Shown: positions 20,029 to 34,306 of the stretch, piece after piece | How the letters are laid out: each line of letters opens with the position of its first letter | Position numbering within the stretch: position 1 is the first letter of the stretch | NCBI GenBank assembly: GCA_965649225.1 | Contig: CBFGJX010000018.1 | Coordinates: 1-55,098 of the forward strand | DNA length: 55,098 nt | Reading direction: 5' to 3' | Source: a candidate division WOR-3 bacterium | GTDB taxonomy: Bacteria > Hydrothermota > Tepidihabitantia > Tepidihabitantales > Tepidihabitantaceae | Program-made: the position numbers and the translations under genes | The notes under the pieces: generated by a model | What the model was told of the DNA's origin: nothing | Databases searched by the model: none | The model's input: the letters and a program-made list of their open reading frames with translations, nothing else

Positions 20029-21164
20029 GCACAATCTCTGTCCGCCCTGTCGTCAGCTCCGTTGACCTCGACCGATTTGCCAGACTGCCGTACCACATCT
20101 ACGCTGAAGACAACAACTGGGTCGCCCCGCTTGTGCACGACCTGCGTGCCAGTCTGACACCCGGTCATTCGCCTTTCTGGCAACACGCCCGTCGAGAATT
20201 GTTCATCGCCGTCCAGGGCAAAGAAACCGTCGGGCGTATCGCAGCAATCGTCGACGACAACTACAATCGTTACAATCAGCACCGACGCAGCAGTACCGCC
20301 TTCTTCGGTTGGTTCGAATCAGTGAACGACCAAGCTGTTGCCCGCCTGCTCTTTGAGGCGGTTGCCCACTACGCGGCCGCCAACGACTGCAGACGGGTCC
20401 TCGGACCGGCCAATCCGTCCCTGAACGACGAAGCTGGCCTGCTGGTCTCCCCTTTCGATTCCCCACCAATGATCAAGATGAGCTACAATCCGCCCTACTA
20501 CCCTGCACTCATTGAATCCAACGGCTACCGGAAAGCGATCGATCTTTACGCCTACGTCATCCAGATCGAGCAGCCGGTTCCAGCCAAACTTGAGCGGGTC
20601 ATGAACCGGCTGAAGCGAAGGTCGAACCTTGTCGTCCGACCACTCGACCTTCGCCACCTGGAACGTGACCTGCAGTTCATCAAAGAAGTCTACAACGATT
20701 CATGGTCCGCCAACTGGGATTTCAGCCCGTTGACCGATGCCGAAGTCAAACACCTGGCCCGTCAGCTCAGACCTGTTCTCGTCCCTGAACTCTGCCCGCT
20801 CGTATTTTGCGACGGCGAAGCAGCGGGAATCTGCATAGCGCTGCCGGACTACAACCAGCTGCTGCGGCCCATCAAAGGACGCCTCTGGCCTCTCGGCTTT
20901 GCAAAACTGCTGTTCGGCCGCAGAAAAATCAACCAGTGTCGACTCTGGGCCCTCGGGATAAAGCGTAAGTTTCACAACCTTGGATTTGACGCCTTGCTCT
21001 ACTACGAGTCGTTTCAAGCCGCACGTCGGCTGGGCTATCGGCAGGGTGAAGTATCTTGGATTCTTGAGACCAATTCCGATATCATTAGCCCGATCCTGAT
21101 GTGGGGCGGGCGCCACTACAAGACCTACCGTATCTACGAACGGGTGCTTGCTCCAACTGGTTGA
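20025..21164 (+). CDS. GNAT-fold N-acyltransferase, bCerS-like
   Basis: GRIAAI, FFGWFES, GPANPSLNDEAGLLV, YNPPYY, WSANWDF, EVSWILETN; TTGA overlap with spt. Confidence 0.7.
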   Translation: MSTISVRPVVSSVDLDRFARLPYHIYAEDNNWVAPLVHDLRASLTPGHSPFWQHARRELFIAVQGKETVGRIAAIVDDNYNRYNQHRRSSTAFFGWFESVNDQAVARLLFEAVAHYAAANDCRRVLGPANPSLNDEAGLLVSPFDSPPMIKMSYNPPYYPALIESNGYRKAIDLYAYVIQIEQPVPAKLERVMNRLKRRSNLVVRPLDLRHLERDLQFIKEVYNDSWSANWDFSPLTDAEVKHLARQLRPVLVPELCPLVFCDGEAAGICIALPDYNQLLRPIKGRLWPLGFAKLLFGRRKINQCRLWALGIKRKFHNLGFDALLYYESFQAARRLGYRQGEVSWILETNSDIISPILMWGGRHYKTYRIYERVLAPTG

Positions 21165-22102
21165 CTTAACGCGGCAGAAAGGTTCTCAGCACAGCCTCGA
21201 CCTGTCCGAGTTGTTCAAGCTTCCTTCGGCCCGGATTGAAAACGTAACCATCAAGCAGATAGTAGCGTCCCCGGAAGTTGAAGGCGTATGAAACGAAGGG
21301 TCCGCCGGTGACAAGTTTACGATTCTGCCAGACCCCGACAATCCGAAGTGCCGAAACGCCAAGATAATCCAAGGTTTCCGCCCTGGCAAAGCTCCGGTCT
21401 ACCGAATCTCCGTCGTAAAACTGCTTCGCCAAATCGTCCCGCAGATTGAGTACCGAATCGACCACAAGCGGGCCAAGCGTATCGCGCCAGTGAACAGCTG
21501 CACCACGATCGGGGAAATGCGTAAAGAGGTAAAGAAACCGCCCTGCCGCCGACCCGCCAAGTTGCCAATCCTTTGGCACATCGATTGTGAACGCAAAACT
21601 CCGAGCGATGCTGTCAGTCAATCGCTGGTCGACGCCACGTTGATAGACAACACGCGCCGCCTGCGCCAGCACCGCCTCCCGTACTTCATGATACAAACGC
21701 GCTCCGTATAACTCGAGGCCTGGCAACAAGAGGCTCTCGGCCGTCGCAACGAATGCGATAACTGTCTGGTTACGCATCCAAGGGTTGGGTATTCGAAAAA
21801 GTCCGAAGTCCCCTCCGGGCAGCGAATCGAGCCTTGACCCAAGAATCTGGCGCATAAGGTTATCACGGGTCGTTCCCACCAGCAGGATCAGCCTGAATTG
21901 TGAATAAGTCTCGAATTTCTCCTGACTTCCAATACGAATACTGAACTCCTTCTCTGGCTGCGGCGTAGCCAGCCTTCGGGAGAACAGCGATTCAACAACC
22001 GGTGCAACCACGTCCCAATGCGTGGTAATAACCGTTATCTCGCGCTGTGGGCCGACCGCAAGCCGTGGCAGTGTCTCACACGCAAGAGCAAGCAGAAACA
22101 GG

Positions 22103-26215
<4,113 letters not shown>

Positions 26216-26381
26216 TCGGTTTGCCACCCGCGCCGAGCCACCCCACGTTCGACCCAATCACGCAACCGCAGAGGTCCTGACGGCGACTATCACGGGGAGA
26301 AAGCAGGGGGATAAAGCTCTACCACATCAAACGCCGCCTGACTAGAGAAATACCGACCAGACGGGCAAGTTAAGCAACAGC

Positions 26382-26879
26382 CTACCGTGATCGCTTCAGG
26401 TCGCGGCGAAGATCGTTCAGCCGGGTAACATTAGTTTGGTGCCGGCGGATCAGTTCCGAAAAGGATGGCCGATACTGAACGCAAGATATGCCCCAGAACT
26501 TGGTGTAAAACAGCAGCAAATCACGTTCCAGCCTAAGGGCAGCTTCAACGAAATCATCGGCCGAGCCGAGCTGACGTGCAATCTCTGCCGGTCGTCCAGC
26601 AACCCGATAGAAAGTCGACTCGAGCAAAGCAGACAGGAAAAGCTCGTCCTCGGAAGATGCATCAATCAAACCATCGGCATCGCACGTCAGTCCACCGATT
26701 GCACGAGCCAAGCCAGCGGCCGCCTCCCTGCCATTGCGAGAAAGCGCCTCAAACACCAGCCTCGCCTCGCTGTCATTCGTCTTTGCAGCAGCGGCCTGGT
26801 AGAAATCAGCCATCTCACCGGCAACCTCGTTCACGGTCTTCAAGACCAAAGTCGGAGGCAGACACTCGTTTTTCGCCAT
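26382..26879 (-). CDS. Ferritin-like (rubrerythrin-family) protein, degenerate
   Basis: DFYQ..A, ALRLERDLLLFY; both ExxH motifs lost; SD AGGT. Confidence 0.7.
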   Translation of the reverse strand: MAKNECLPPTLVLKTVNEVAGEMADFYQAAAAKTNDSEARLVFEALSRNGREAAAGLARAIGGLTCDADGLIDASSEDELFLSALLESTFYRVAGRPAEIARQLGSADDFVEAALRLERDLLLFYTKFWGISCVQYRPSFSELIRRHQTNVTRLNDLRRDLKRSR

Positions 26880-26885
26880 GATTAC

Positions 26886-27434
26886 CTACCTCGGTCGGTC
26901 AGAATGATCGCGCTCCGACTCAAGTGTGAACTCGGGCATCCCGAACCAGAACCCGTCCTGACGAATACTGTCCAACTCAGCCTGAATCAAGGCAGCATGC
27001 CCAGCCTCAACTTCGGCCAGCCGACGCAGTACCAGCCGCACCGACCCAGCCGCATTGTCACTGGCGGCGCGGTAAAAAGCCGCGGCGCGGTTTTCGAGCT
27101 CAAGGGCAGTCTCAAGCGCTGAGATATCGTCAACCCCTCTTTCACCCTTTATGCGTCGCGTCGAGTCTGCCAGCAATGGAATCAGGCTCGCTGCGGGCAG
27201 GTCGGAGGCTTCATCAACAGAACAGGTACCTGTTTCCTCTATCGCATGGATCAGCCGCTCGAACAAAGATGCATGCTCCAGCTCGTCACTGGCCAGACGA
27301 ACAAACATGTCTTTACCCCCAACGTTTCTTGTTCGCCAGGCGAAACGCAAATACTGTCGCAGGCTGTCCAGCTCTGAACCCCGTGCCAGCTCCAGTATCT
27401 TCAGCTCTTGGGAGTGTCCTGCCCGGGCAGACAT
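26886..27434 (-). CDS. Ferritin-like (rubrerythrin-family) protein
   Basis: E..S, DELEH, ALELENRAAAFY, EVEAGH; tail GFWFGMPEFTLE. Confidence 0.85.
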   Translation of the reverse strand: MSARAGHSQELKILELARGSELDSLRQYLRFAWRTRNVGGKDMFVRLASDELEHASLFERLIHAIEETGTCSVDEASDLPAASLIPLLADSTRRIKGERGVDDISALETALELENRAAAFYRAASDNAAGSVRLVLRRLAEVEAGHAALIQAELDSIRQDGFWFGMPEFTLESERDHSDRPR

Positions 27435-27907
27435 TTCATCATCTCCGTCAACTGTCGGATGTGTGACTTCTCTTCGGCGATAAGCCGCTGCACCGCCGGC
27501 TGAGCGTCAACGCTAATCAACCCCTGCAGTTCGATATAGAACAGCAAGGTCTCCTTTTCGAAACTCAAAGCGTGGTACAAAGCCTCGCCAGGCGTGCTGG
27601 CAGTCCGAGCGAGCTCAATCGCCTTGTTACCGGAACCAAGAAAGTAGCGCGAATCGATAATTGCCTTGAGGTAAGGTACAACCTCGTCCCAGTTGTATGG
27701 CAACTCCTCGGGGCGGACCGGCACAGTTCTGCCGATTGCCTCAAAAGTCGCGATGTGATTATTCTCCTGCTCTGCCAGCCAGCAGAAAAGACCGCGCAGC
27801 CTTGAGTCAGCAGTCACGCTGGCGACCATCTCGTAGTAGAGCTTACCGCCCTTCTCGGTTTGCACGGCCATCTCAATCAGCTCGGCGCCGGAAAAGGAAA
27901 TCGGCAT
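27401..27907 (-). CDS. Ferritin-like (rubrerythrin-family) protein
   Basis: EKGG..YY, EQENNH, EKETLLFY, EEKSH; SD GGAGG before ATG 27907. Confidence 0.88.
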   Translation of the reverse strand: MPISFSGAELIEMAVQTEKGGKLYYEMVASVTADSRLRGLFCWLAEQENNHIATFEAIGRTVPVRPEELPYNWDEVVPYLKAIIDSRYFLGSGNKAIELARTASTPGEALYHALSFEKETLLFYIELQGLISVDAQPAVQRLIAEEKSHIRQLTEMMKCLPGQDTPKS

Positions 27908-27947
27908 AGTTACCTCCATTGTGACACGTCAAGCACGATTAATCCAT

Positions 27948-28349
27948 TCAAACACGGTCGGGAAACTGCTGCCTGAGGTAATCAACTATTTCTGAAGTCG
28001 GAGTACCCGGCCCAAACAGCCGGCCACACCCCTGGCGGTACAGCTCTGTCATATCCTCACGCGGTATGATGCCGCCACCGAAAACCAGAATGCGGTCAGC
28101 CCCACGCTCACGCAGCAACCGCATCGTTTCAGGGAAAAGCACCATGTGAGCGCCCGACAACACTGACAGACCAACGGCGTCAACATCCTCCTGAATCGCA
28201 GTCTCGGCGATCATCTCTGGAGTCTGGTGGAGGCCGGTATAGATAACCTCAAAACCAGCATCACGCAGCGCCCGCGCTACCACCTTTGCTCCGCGGTCAT
28301 GTCCGTCCAGCCCGGGTTTGGCTATCAGAACTCGTAGCTTTCTAGCCAT
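27948..28349 (-). CDS. Cobalamin-binding small subunit of acyl-CoA mutase (IcmB-like)
   Basis: [10 protein letters not shown] (DxHxxG), SVLSGAH, GGIIP, FGPGT. Confidence 0.95.
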   Translation of the reverse strand: MARKLRVLIAKPGLDGHDRGAKVVARALRDAGFEVIYTGLHQTPEMIAETAIQEDVDAVGLSVLSGAHMVLFPETMRLLRERGADRILVFGGGIIPREDMTELYRQGCGRLFGPGTPTSEIVDYLRQQFPDRV

Positions 28350-28436
28350 CTAAACCTCTCATTCACTTGCTCCACGCTGCTCCGGTCCAACTCAAGAAGC
28401 CTGTCGTCTCAGCAAATTGGCAGTTCACAGTCACTT

Positions 28437-30092
28437 CTAAAACATCGGCGGCTCGGAATAGCTGCCAAACACGTCCTTCATTGTCCCACAGATTTCACCC
28501 AGCGTTGCGTAGGCACGCACCGCGTCAAGAATCGGGTACATGACGTTATCGCGGCCGGCACAGGCCGCCCGCAGACTTCGCAGCGCCCGTTCCACTGCGG
28601 CATTGTCTCGTCGCGCACGCAGCTGGGCAAGCCGTTCGCGCTGTTCAGCCTCAACCCGCTCATCAATCTTCAACAGCGGTATCTCGATCCTCTCACCTTC
28701 AAGCTGGTATTTGTTCACGCCGACAACGGTACGTTCGCCCTTCTCGATTTGCCGCTGGTACCGAAAAGCAGCATCGGCTATCTCCCGTTGTGGAAATCCC
28801 TTCTCGATAGCCTTCACCATCCCGCCCAACGCGTCGATTCGGCTAAAGTACTCGCGCGCCTGCCGTTCCAACTCATCGGTCAACGCCTCAACGAAATAGG
28901 AGCCACCCAGCGGGTCAATTGTATTGACGACCCCTGTCTCTTCGGCAATCAACTGCTGAGTACGCAGTGCAATCAGCACCGCTTTTTCTGTCGGCAACGC
29001 CCAGGTCTCATCCATCGAATTGGTGTGTAGACTCTGCGTACCCCCCAGCACTGCCGCCAAAGCCTGGAAGGCAGTACGGACGATGTTATTCTCCGGCTGC
29101 TGCGCTGTCAGCGAACAACCGGCGGTCTGGGTATGAAAGCGCATCAACCACGATTCAGGCTTCTTTGCTCCAAACTTCTCACGCATCTCTCGTGCCCAGA
29201 TTCGACGCGCCGCGCGATACTTGGCGATTTCTTCGAAGAAATCAAGATGCGAATTGAAAAAGAACGACAATCTGGGCGCAAACGTGTCCACATCCAGTCC
29301 GGCGGCAATGCCCGCCTCGACGTACGTCAAGCCGTCCTTCAGTGTAAAGGCCAGTTCCTGAGCAGCCGTGGAACCGGCCTCGCGAATGTGATAACCTGAT
29401 ATCGAGATTGTGTTCCACTTCGGAACATGCTCGGCGGCGTAAGCCATGATATCAGTTATCACCCGCATGGACGGCTCGGGCGGGAACAACCACGATTTCT
29501 GTGCGATATACTCCTTCAGGATGTCGTTCTGAATCGTCCCGCGCAACTCGGTACTCTTGACGCCCTGCTTCTCCGCCGCCGCGATATAGAATGCCCATAC
29601 CACCGCCGCCGGTCCGTTAATCGTCATGGAAGTTGAGACTGAACCAAGTGGGATCCCATCGAAGAGCGTCTCCATGTCTGCCAGCGAGGAAACAGCAACT
29701 CCGCACTTGCCCACCTCGCCACGCGCCATCGGATCATCCGAATCACGACCGTACAGAGTTGGAAAGTCAAACGCCACTGACAGTCCGGTTTCCCCATGCG
29801 CAAGCAGGAACTTGTAGCGCGCGTTGGTATCACGTGCGGTTCCGAACCCGGAAAACTCCCGCATCGTCCACAGTCGACCACGGTACATGTTACGTCTGAT
29901 GCCGCGCGTAAACGGATATTCTCCCGGCAGACCAAGGTCCCGGGCGTAGTCAAAACCGGCGAGGTGCGCCGGGGTATAGACTATATCCACCGGCACCCCT
30001 GAGATTGTCACAAAGCGCTGCTGGTTGCCGCACTCCGTCCGGGCGCGCCAGTGTTCAAGTTCCTCTTTCAGCTGTTCAAGTTTCCCTGCCAT
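28437..30092 (-). CDS. icmA: Acyl-CoA mutase large subunit, probable isobutyryl-CoA mutase
   Basis: [54 protein letters not shown] before ATG 30092. Confidence 0.8.
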   Translation of the reverse strand: MAGKLEQLKEELEHWRARTECGNQQRFVTISGVPVDIVYTPAHLAGFDYARDLGLPGEYPFTRGIRRNMYRGRLWTMREFSGFGTARDTNARYKFLLAHGETGLSVAFDFPTLYGRDSDDPMARGEVGKCGVAVSSLADMETLFDGIPLGSVSTSMTINGPAAVVWAFYIAAAEKQGVKSTELRGTIQNDILKEYIAQKSWLFPPEPSMRVITDIMAYAAEHVPKWNTISISGYHIREAGSTAAQELAFTLKDGLTYVEAGIAAGLDVDTFAPRLSFFFNSHLDFFEEIAKYRAARRIWAREMREKFGAKKPESWLMRFHTQTAGCSLTAQQPENNIVRTAFQALAAVLGGTQSLHTNSMDETWALPTEKAVLIALRTQQLIAEETGVVNTIDPLGGSYFVEALTDELERQAREYFSRIDALGGMVKAIEKGFPQREIADAAFRYQRQIEKGERTVVGVNKYQLEGERIEIPLLKIDERVEAEQRERLAQLRARRDNAAVERALRSLRAACAGRDNVMYPILDAVRAYATLGEICGTMKDVFGSYSEPPMF

Positions 30093-31068
30093 TACCGCTC
30101 CTCTCAGATTCAGGCGAACGGCACATCCCGACGATTTCTGCTGCCGCACTGTACGGCGTCGATTCGCCAGCGATTATCTTTTCCACCAGCGCGGCAAGAC
30201 GCTCACGGACGTCTGGCCTCTGCCACACCCACTCCTGCATTCGTTCGTCAACGATCGACCTGATTGCCGCAGCGGTACGTTCGGCGCGGCGGGCGCGGCG
30301 CAGACCGAGCTGATCCTGATGAGAACGGTGAACCTCAATCTGCCGCAGCAGTTCAGCAACGCCATCGCCGGTTACCGCCACCGTTCTCAACACCGGCGGA
30401 GCCCAGTCATTACTGCGCTTACGCAGCTCAAGCATCGCCTCCAGCTCCATCACCAACCGATCAGCGCCATCTCGATCCGATTTGTTAACGCAGAAAATTG
30501 AACCGACCTCCATCAATCCAGCCTTCATCGTCTGGATCGAATCACCCGATTCCGGGACAAGCACAACAACTGTTGTATCCGCAGTACCGGCAACATCAAG
30601 CTCAACCTGTCCTACGCCGACGGTTTCAATCAGAATCCAGTTCAGACCAAATGCGTCCAGCACCTCACACGCCTCGCGGGTACGCAGCGCCAGACCGCCC
30701 TGACTGCCCCGCGTTGCCATCGATCGGATGAAAACACCGGGATCGGTGAAAAGAGAAGCCATTCGGATTCGATCGCCAAGCAATGCTCCGCCGGAAAAAG
30801 GTGAAGTTGGGTCGACGGCAATGATGCCAACAGTTTCGCCCCGTCCCCGCAGTACCCGAGCCAGTTTTTCGACCAACGAACTCTTACCCGCACCAGGCGG
30901 GCCGGTAACGCCCACCCAGTAGCCCCGCCCTCCGAGAGGATAGAGCTTGTGAAGAACAGCGACCGCTTCCTTCCCGCCGTTCTCGACCACACTGACCAGT
31001 CGCGCACACGCCAGCCGCGAGCCAGCGCGAAAATCTTCGACCAGCTTATCAATAGTCGATGCCGACAC
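30076..31068 (-). CDS. meaB: Mutase-associated GTPase chaperone
   Basis: [37 protein letters not shown]. Confidence 0.96.
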   Translation of the reverse strand: MSASTIDKLVEDFRAGSRLACARLVSVVENGGKEAVAVLHKLYPLGGRGYWVGVTGPPGAGKSSLVEKLARVLRGRGETVGIIAVDPTSPFSGGALLGDRIRMASLFTDPGVFIRSMATRGSQGGLALRTREACEVLDAFGLNWILIETVGVGQVELDVAGTADTTVVVLVPESGDSIQTMKAGLMEVGSIFCVNKSDRDGADRLVMELEAMLELRKRSNDWAPPVLRTVAVTGDGVAELLRQIEVHRSHQDQLGLRRARRAERTAAAIRSIVDERMQEWVWQRPDVRERLAALVEKIIAGESTPYSAAAEIVGMCRSPESERSGNGRET

Positions 31069-31558
31069 GGCTGACTATTCCCAACTGGTATGGATGCTTC
31101 ACTTCCCGCACCTCGCTGACCAGTGCTGCCCGGTCCAACAATGCCTGTGGCGCGTAACGTCCAGTCACGACGAGTTCAGTCTCAGCCGGGCAGGAATCAG
31201 CCAGTGCCAGAACCTCTGCAAGTGGAACCAGCCCGTAATCGATTGCGACATTCAGCTCGTCAAGGATGAGCATATCACAGCTTCTGGAATCCAGCGCCTG
31301 TCGCGCCAACGCCATGCCCCGCCGGGCTTCGGCGACGTCCTCAGGCGAGGGGTTGTTTTTCTCGACAAAAGTTGGCAGACCAGTCTGAACAACCTCCAGT
31401 CCCTTTATCTGACGTGCGGCTGCAACTTCGCCGTACGACGGGTCGCCCTTCATGAACTGAATAACGAGGACACGCCAGCCGTGGCCGCAGGCGCGCATCG
31501 CCAGCCCAAAAGCAGCCGTAGTCTTGCCCTTGCCGTTTCCAGTATAAACCTGCAACAC
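31049..31558 (-). CDS. cobO: Cob(I)alamin adenosyltransferase (CobA/CobO/BtuR type)
   Basis: YTGNGKGKTTAA, QFMKG, LDEL, TGR, KHPY..G...GIDY. Confidence 0.94.
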   Translation of the reverse strand: MLQVYTGNGKGKTTAAFGLAMRACGHGWRVLVIQFMKGDPSYGEVAAARQIKGLEVVQTGLPTFVEKNNPSPEDVAEARRGMALARQALDSRSCDMLILDELNVAIDYGLVPLAEVLALADSCPAETELVVTGRYAPQALLDRAALVSEVREVKHPYQLGIVSRVGIDY

Positions 31559-31567
31559 TTTGTCGGC

Positions 31568-32074
31568 CTACCCCACATCCGGGTCGAACTCCGGCCCAAC
31601 TTTTGCCTTGAAAAGCAACTGGACCAGAGCATTCCAAGTCCGGAATGTAAACACCTCCCGTGCAATCGGCGCCGAGGCCATCAGGGAGGCAACTTCCCCG
31701 TTTGTTCCCTGCGAAAGAATGATGACCCGAAGAACCATGTGGGCAATCGCCCAGCCGGTGGCGATGCCAAAAATGAAGCTGAAAAAACCATCCAGCGAGC
31801 CAAACGTCCAACCGGTCAAGCCGAAAAGCCAGTAACCAACTATAAACGCCAGGACCACGAACGCCGCGAACAGCACCAAAGTGACAGTCGATACCTGCAT
31901 TCGCAGAATCTCGGCAAGACGACCGCCGAACCTGGTGGCACCGACGGCAGCAACCACCACGCCACCAGCGTCAAAAAGAGCCAGCCCCATGCCGCCGGCC
32001 TTGCCGGCGCGTACAGTCTCAACAATTGCAACAACTGCAACTATCGCCAGCGTCATCCAGTCAAACCACTGCAT
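31568..32074 (-). CDS. CvpA-like membrane protein
   Basis: Four hydrophobic helices, N-terminal WFD, LDG..FG motif; SD AAGGAG before ATG 32074. Confidence 0.65.
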   Translation of the reverse strand: MQWFDWMTLAIVAVVAIVETVRAGKAGGMGLALFDAGGVVVAAVGATRFGGRLAEILRMQVSTVTLVLFAAFVVLAFIVGYWLFGLTGWTFGSLDGFFSFIFGIATGWAIAHMVLRVIILSQGTNGEVASLMASAPIAREVFTFRTWNALVQLLFKAKVGPEFDPDVG

Positions 32075-32107
32075 CGTCACTCCTTTCCGGCTGTTCCCAA
32101 CATGACC

Positions 32108-32392
32108 TCAAAGGTCTTCAGAACTGTCCAGGTCATCGTATTCCATATCGTCATCGAAATCATCCGCTCCGATGCTGTTCGAATCGGCAGCTTCGTTGTC
32201 GCCGATATCATCCTCTGCATCAACATCCGTCTTCGAACCAGCCAGCAACGTAAAACGGGAGAAAATCTGGGTCGCGCGCTGAACTCCACACTTCGGACAG
32301 ACCGGCCTCAAACCGGCCTCCTTCTCGGCCAGCGACGCAACTACCTCAAACTTCCGGCCGCAGCCGGAACACTGATACTCATACACTGGCAT
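32108..32392 (-). CDS. FmdB-family zinc ribbon protein with acidic tail
   Basis: MPVYEYQCSGCGRKFE...CPKCG; D/E-rich C-terminus; SD GGAGG. Confidence 0.9.
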   Translation of the reverse strand: MPVYEYQCSGCGRKFEVVASLAEKEAGLRPVCPKCGVQRATQIFSRFTLLAGSKTDVDAEDDIGDNEAADSNSIGADDFDDDMEYDDLDSSEDL

Positions 32393-32465
32393 TTTTCGCC
32401 TCCGTTTCTACACCAGATAAGGTTGCCAAAACCCGACACCAAGTCAACTGCGCTTGTCTTGCACC

Positions 32466-32493
32466 TTGACCCCGCTTCCGGTAAGGCTACACT
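32466..32493 (+). promoter_or_regulatory. Leaderless promoter of xerC
   Basis: TTGACC-N16-TACACT-N6-ATG. Confidence 0.6.
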
Positions 32494-32499
32494 CCGGTA

Positions 32500-33399
32500 A
32501 TGCTCGAAGTCTCGGCTGAATCGCGCCTTGCCGACTTCCTCTCGTGGTTACAGTCAGTTCGTCGGTATTCAACGCACACGGTCCGGGCCTACCGGGTGGA
32601 TCTGGAGCAATTCTTCGACTTCCTTCGTGAGAACCGTGCCAACCTGCGGCTGGACCAGCTCAAACGAAGCGACATCGCCGAATATCTCGGGTTCATTCTG
32701 GCTCACGGCTATGACCGGCGCTCGGCCACACGCAAACTATCGGCGGTCCGCAGCTTTCTCCGTCACGAGGTCCGCCGCGGCCGACTTGCCGCCAACCCGG
32801 CCGCCGCCGTCCGCGGGCCCCGTCTAGATGCCCGGTTACCGGGAATCATCACTCAGGCGCAGATGCAGCAGGCACTGCTCGGCGACCCTATTGACTACCG
32901 CTCACTGCGCGAACGGGCGATTCTGGAGACCATCTACGGTTCAGGACTTCGTGTCAGCGAACTGCACAAACTCGACATCAACGATATCGATTTCGCCACA
33001 GAGACCATCCGCGTTCGAGGCAAAAGCGACAAGGAACGCATCGTCCCACTGGGTCGGATTGCAGGAGAAACTCTCAAGAAACTGCTCGAACAACCCCGCC
33101 CGGCAGGGTCACGTGCTGTCTTCATCAATCGCCGTGGCGACCGCCTCTCAGTTCGCTACATCGCGAAAATTATCAAGGGTGCGCTGGGTCGTGTAGTCGG
33201 CATCGGCGCCACCAACCCTCATGCTCTGCGGCACGCTTTCGCAACCCACCTGCTTGAACGCGGTGCCGACCTGCGGGCAGTTCAGGAGCTGCTCGGTCAC
33301 GCCTCACTTTCTACAACCCAGGTCTATACCCATCTGACGGTTGAACGGCTCAAGCGGGTGTACGACAAGGCACACCCCCGGTCCGGCTGCCAAGATTGA
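32500..33399 (+). CDS. xerC: Tyrosine recombinase XerC/XerD
   Basis: S.HTVRAY..DL, YGSGLRVSEL, GK..KER, HALRHAFATHLL, LLGHASLSTTQVYTH, AHPR. Confidence 0.88.
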   Translation: MLEVSAESRLADFLSWLQSVRRYSTHTVRAYRVDLEQFFDFLRENRANLRLDQLKRSDIAEYLGFILAHGYDRRSATRKLSAVRSFLRHEVRRGRLAANPAAAVRGPRLDARLPGIITQAQMQQALLGDPIDYRSLRERAILETIYGSGLRVSELHKLDINDIDFATETIRVRGKSDKERIVPLGRIAGETLKKLLEQPRPAGSRAVFINRRGDRLSVRYIAKIIKGALGRVVGIGATNPHALRHAFATHLLERGADLRAVQELLGHASLSTTQVYTHLTVERLKRVYDKAHPRSGCQD

Positions 33400-33451
33400 T
33401 CCGACTGGTGTCAGCAATACCAGAACCCGAGAGCTGTCGGGAATGGCAAGC

Positions 33452-34306
33452 TCAACGCAACCGGTCGACCAGCCGTTCCAAAACCGACTGAGCGAACCGA
33501 CGTCGCGCCGGCACCCCCTGCTGCAGTACCGGATGCAGCGACTCATAACACGGCCGGGATGAACGATAGAAGACACCGATCGGAATACGCATGCCCCATT
33601 CCTGCGTCAAAGCCATTGCCCGACGCCGATCGGTCGGGTCACGAGCACCATCTTCCAGCTCGTACACTCGGTGGCTGTACCATTTGAATGTATTGACCTT
33701 GTTGAAACTGACGCAATTCTGCAAAACATGAACAACGCTAAAGCCACGATGATTTACGGCTGCCTTGATCAGGTCAGCCAGATGACGCGGGCGACCCGAA
33801 AAACCGCGGGCGACGAATCCAGCATCCAGAGCGACGGCCAGCGCCAGTGGGTTGAAAGCGGGCAGGAATGAACCGAACGGCGTGGTGCGGGTGACAAAAC
33901 CATACTCACTGGTCGGCGAGGTCTGGCCCTTGGTCAACCCGTATACTGAATTGTCATGCACGATGTAAGTTATGTCGCTGTTGCGCCGAAGCGCATGAAG
34001 ATAGTGGTTGGCGCCCTCGGCAAAACCATCACCGTCACCGCCTTCGGCAAAAACCACCAGTTCCGGATTGGCCAGCTTGATGCCCACCGCCGCCGGCAGC
34101 GCCCTGCCGTGCAGACCGTTGAAAAGGTTACAGCGGACATAGTGCGGTGTCTTGGCGGCCTGGCCGATTCCAGAAGCGAAACAGACCTGCCACGGCTTCA
34201 ACCCAAGTTCTGACAAAGCGACCGTGATCGCCTCGCGAATGGCGAAATTGCCACACCCCGGGCACCAGGCTACCGGGTCCCGACTCTCATAGTCCCGCGG
34301 ATTCAT
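33452..34306 (-). CDS. 2-oxoacid:ferredoxin oxidoreductase beta subunit (copy 2)
   Basis: WCPGCG, GIGQ, LHGR, GGDGD, YGLTKGQ, QNC. Confidence 0.93.
   Translation of the reverse strand: MNPRDYESRDPVAWCPGCGNFAIREAITVALSELGLKPWQVCFASGIGQAAKTPHYVRCNLFNGLHGRALPAAVGIKLANPELVVFAEGGDGDGFAEGANHYLHALRRNSDITYIVHDNSVYGLTKGQTSPTSEYGFVTRTTPFGSFLPAFNPLALAVALDAGFVARGFSGRPRHLADLIKAAVNHRGFSVVHVLQNCVSFNKVNTFKWYSHRVYELEDGARDPTDRRRAMALTQEWGMRIPIGVFYRSSRPCYESLHPVLQQGVPARRRFAQSVLERLVDRLR

Noticed and set aside
32393..32499. Cobalamin riboswitch ahead of the mutase operon
   Set aside because: The gap is only ~107 bp, holds divergent promoter elements, and lacks a B12-box pattern.
32500..33399. Tyrosine recombinase as a phage or island integrase
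   Set aside because: Size and motifs fit housekeeping XerC/D; no att repeats, phage genes or dif-like site seen; flanks are metabolic genes.
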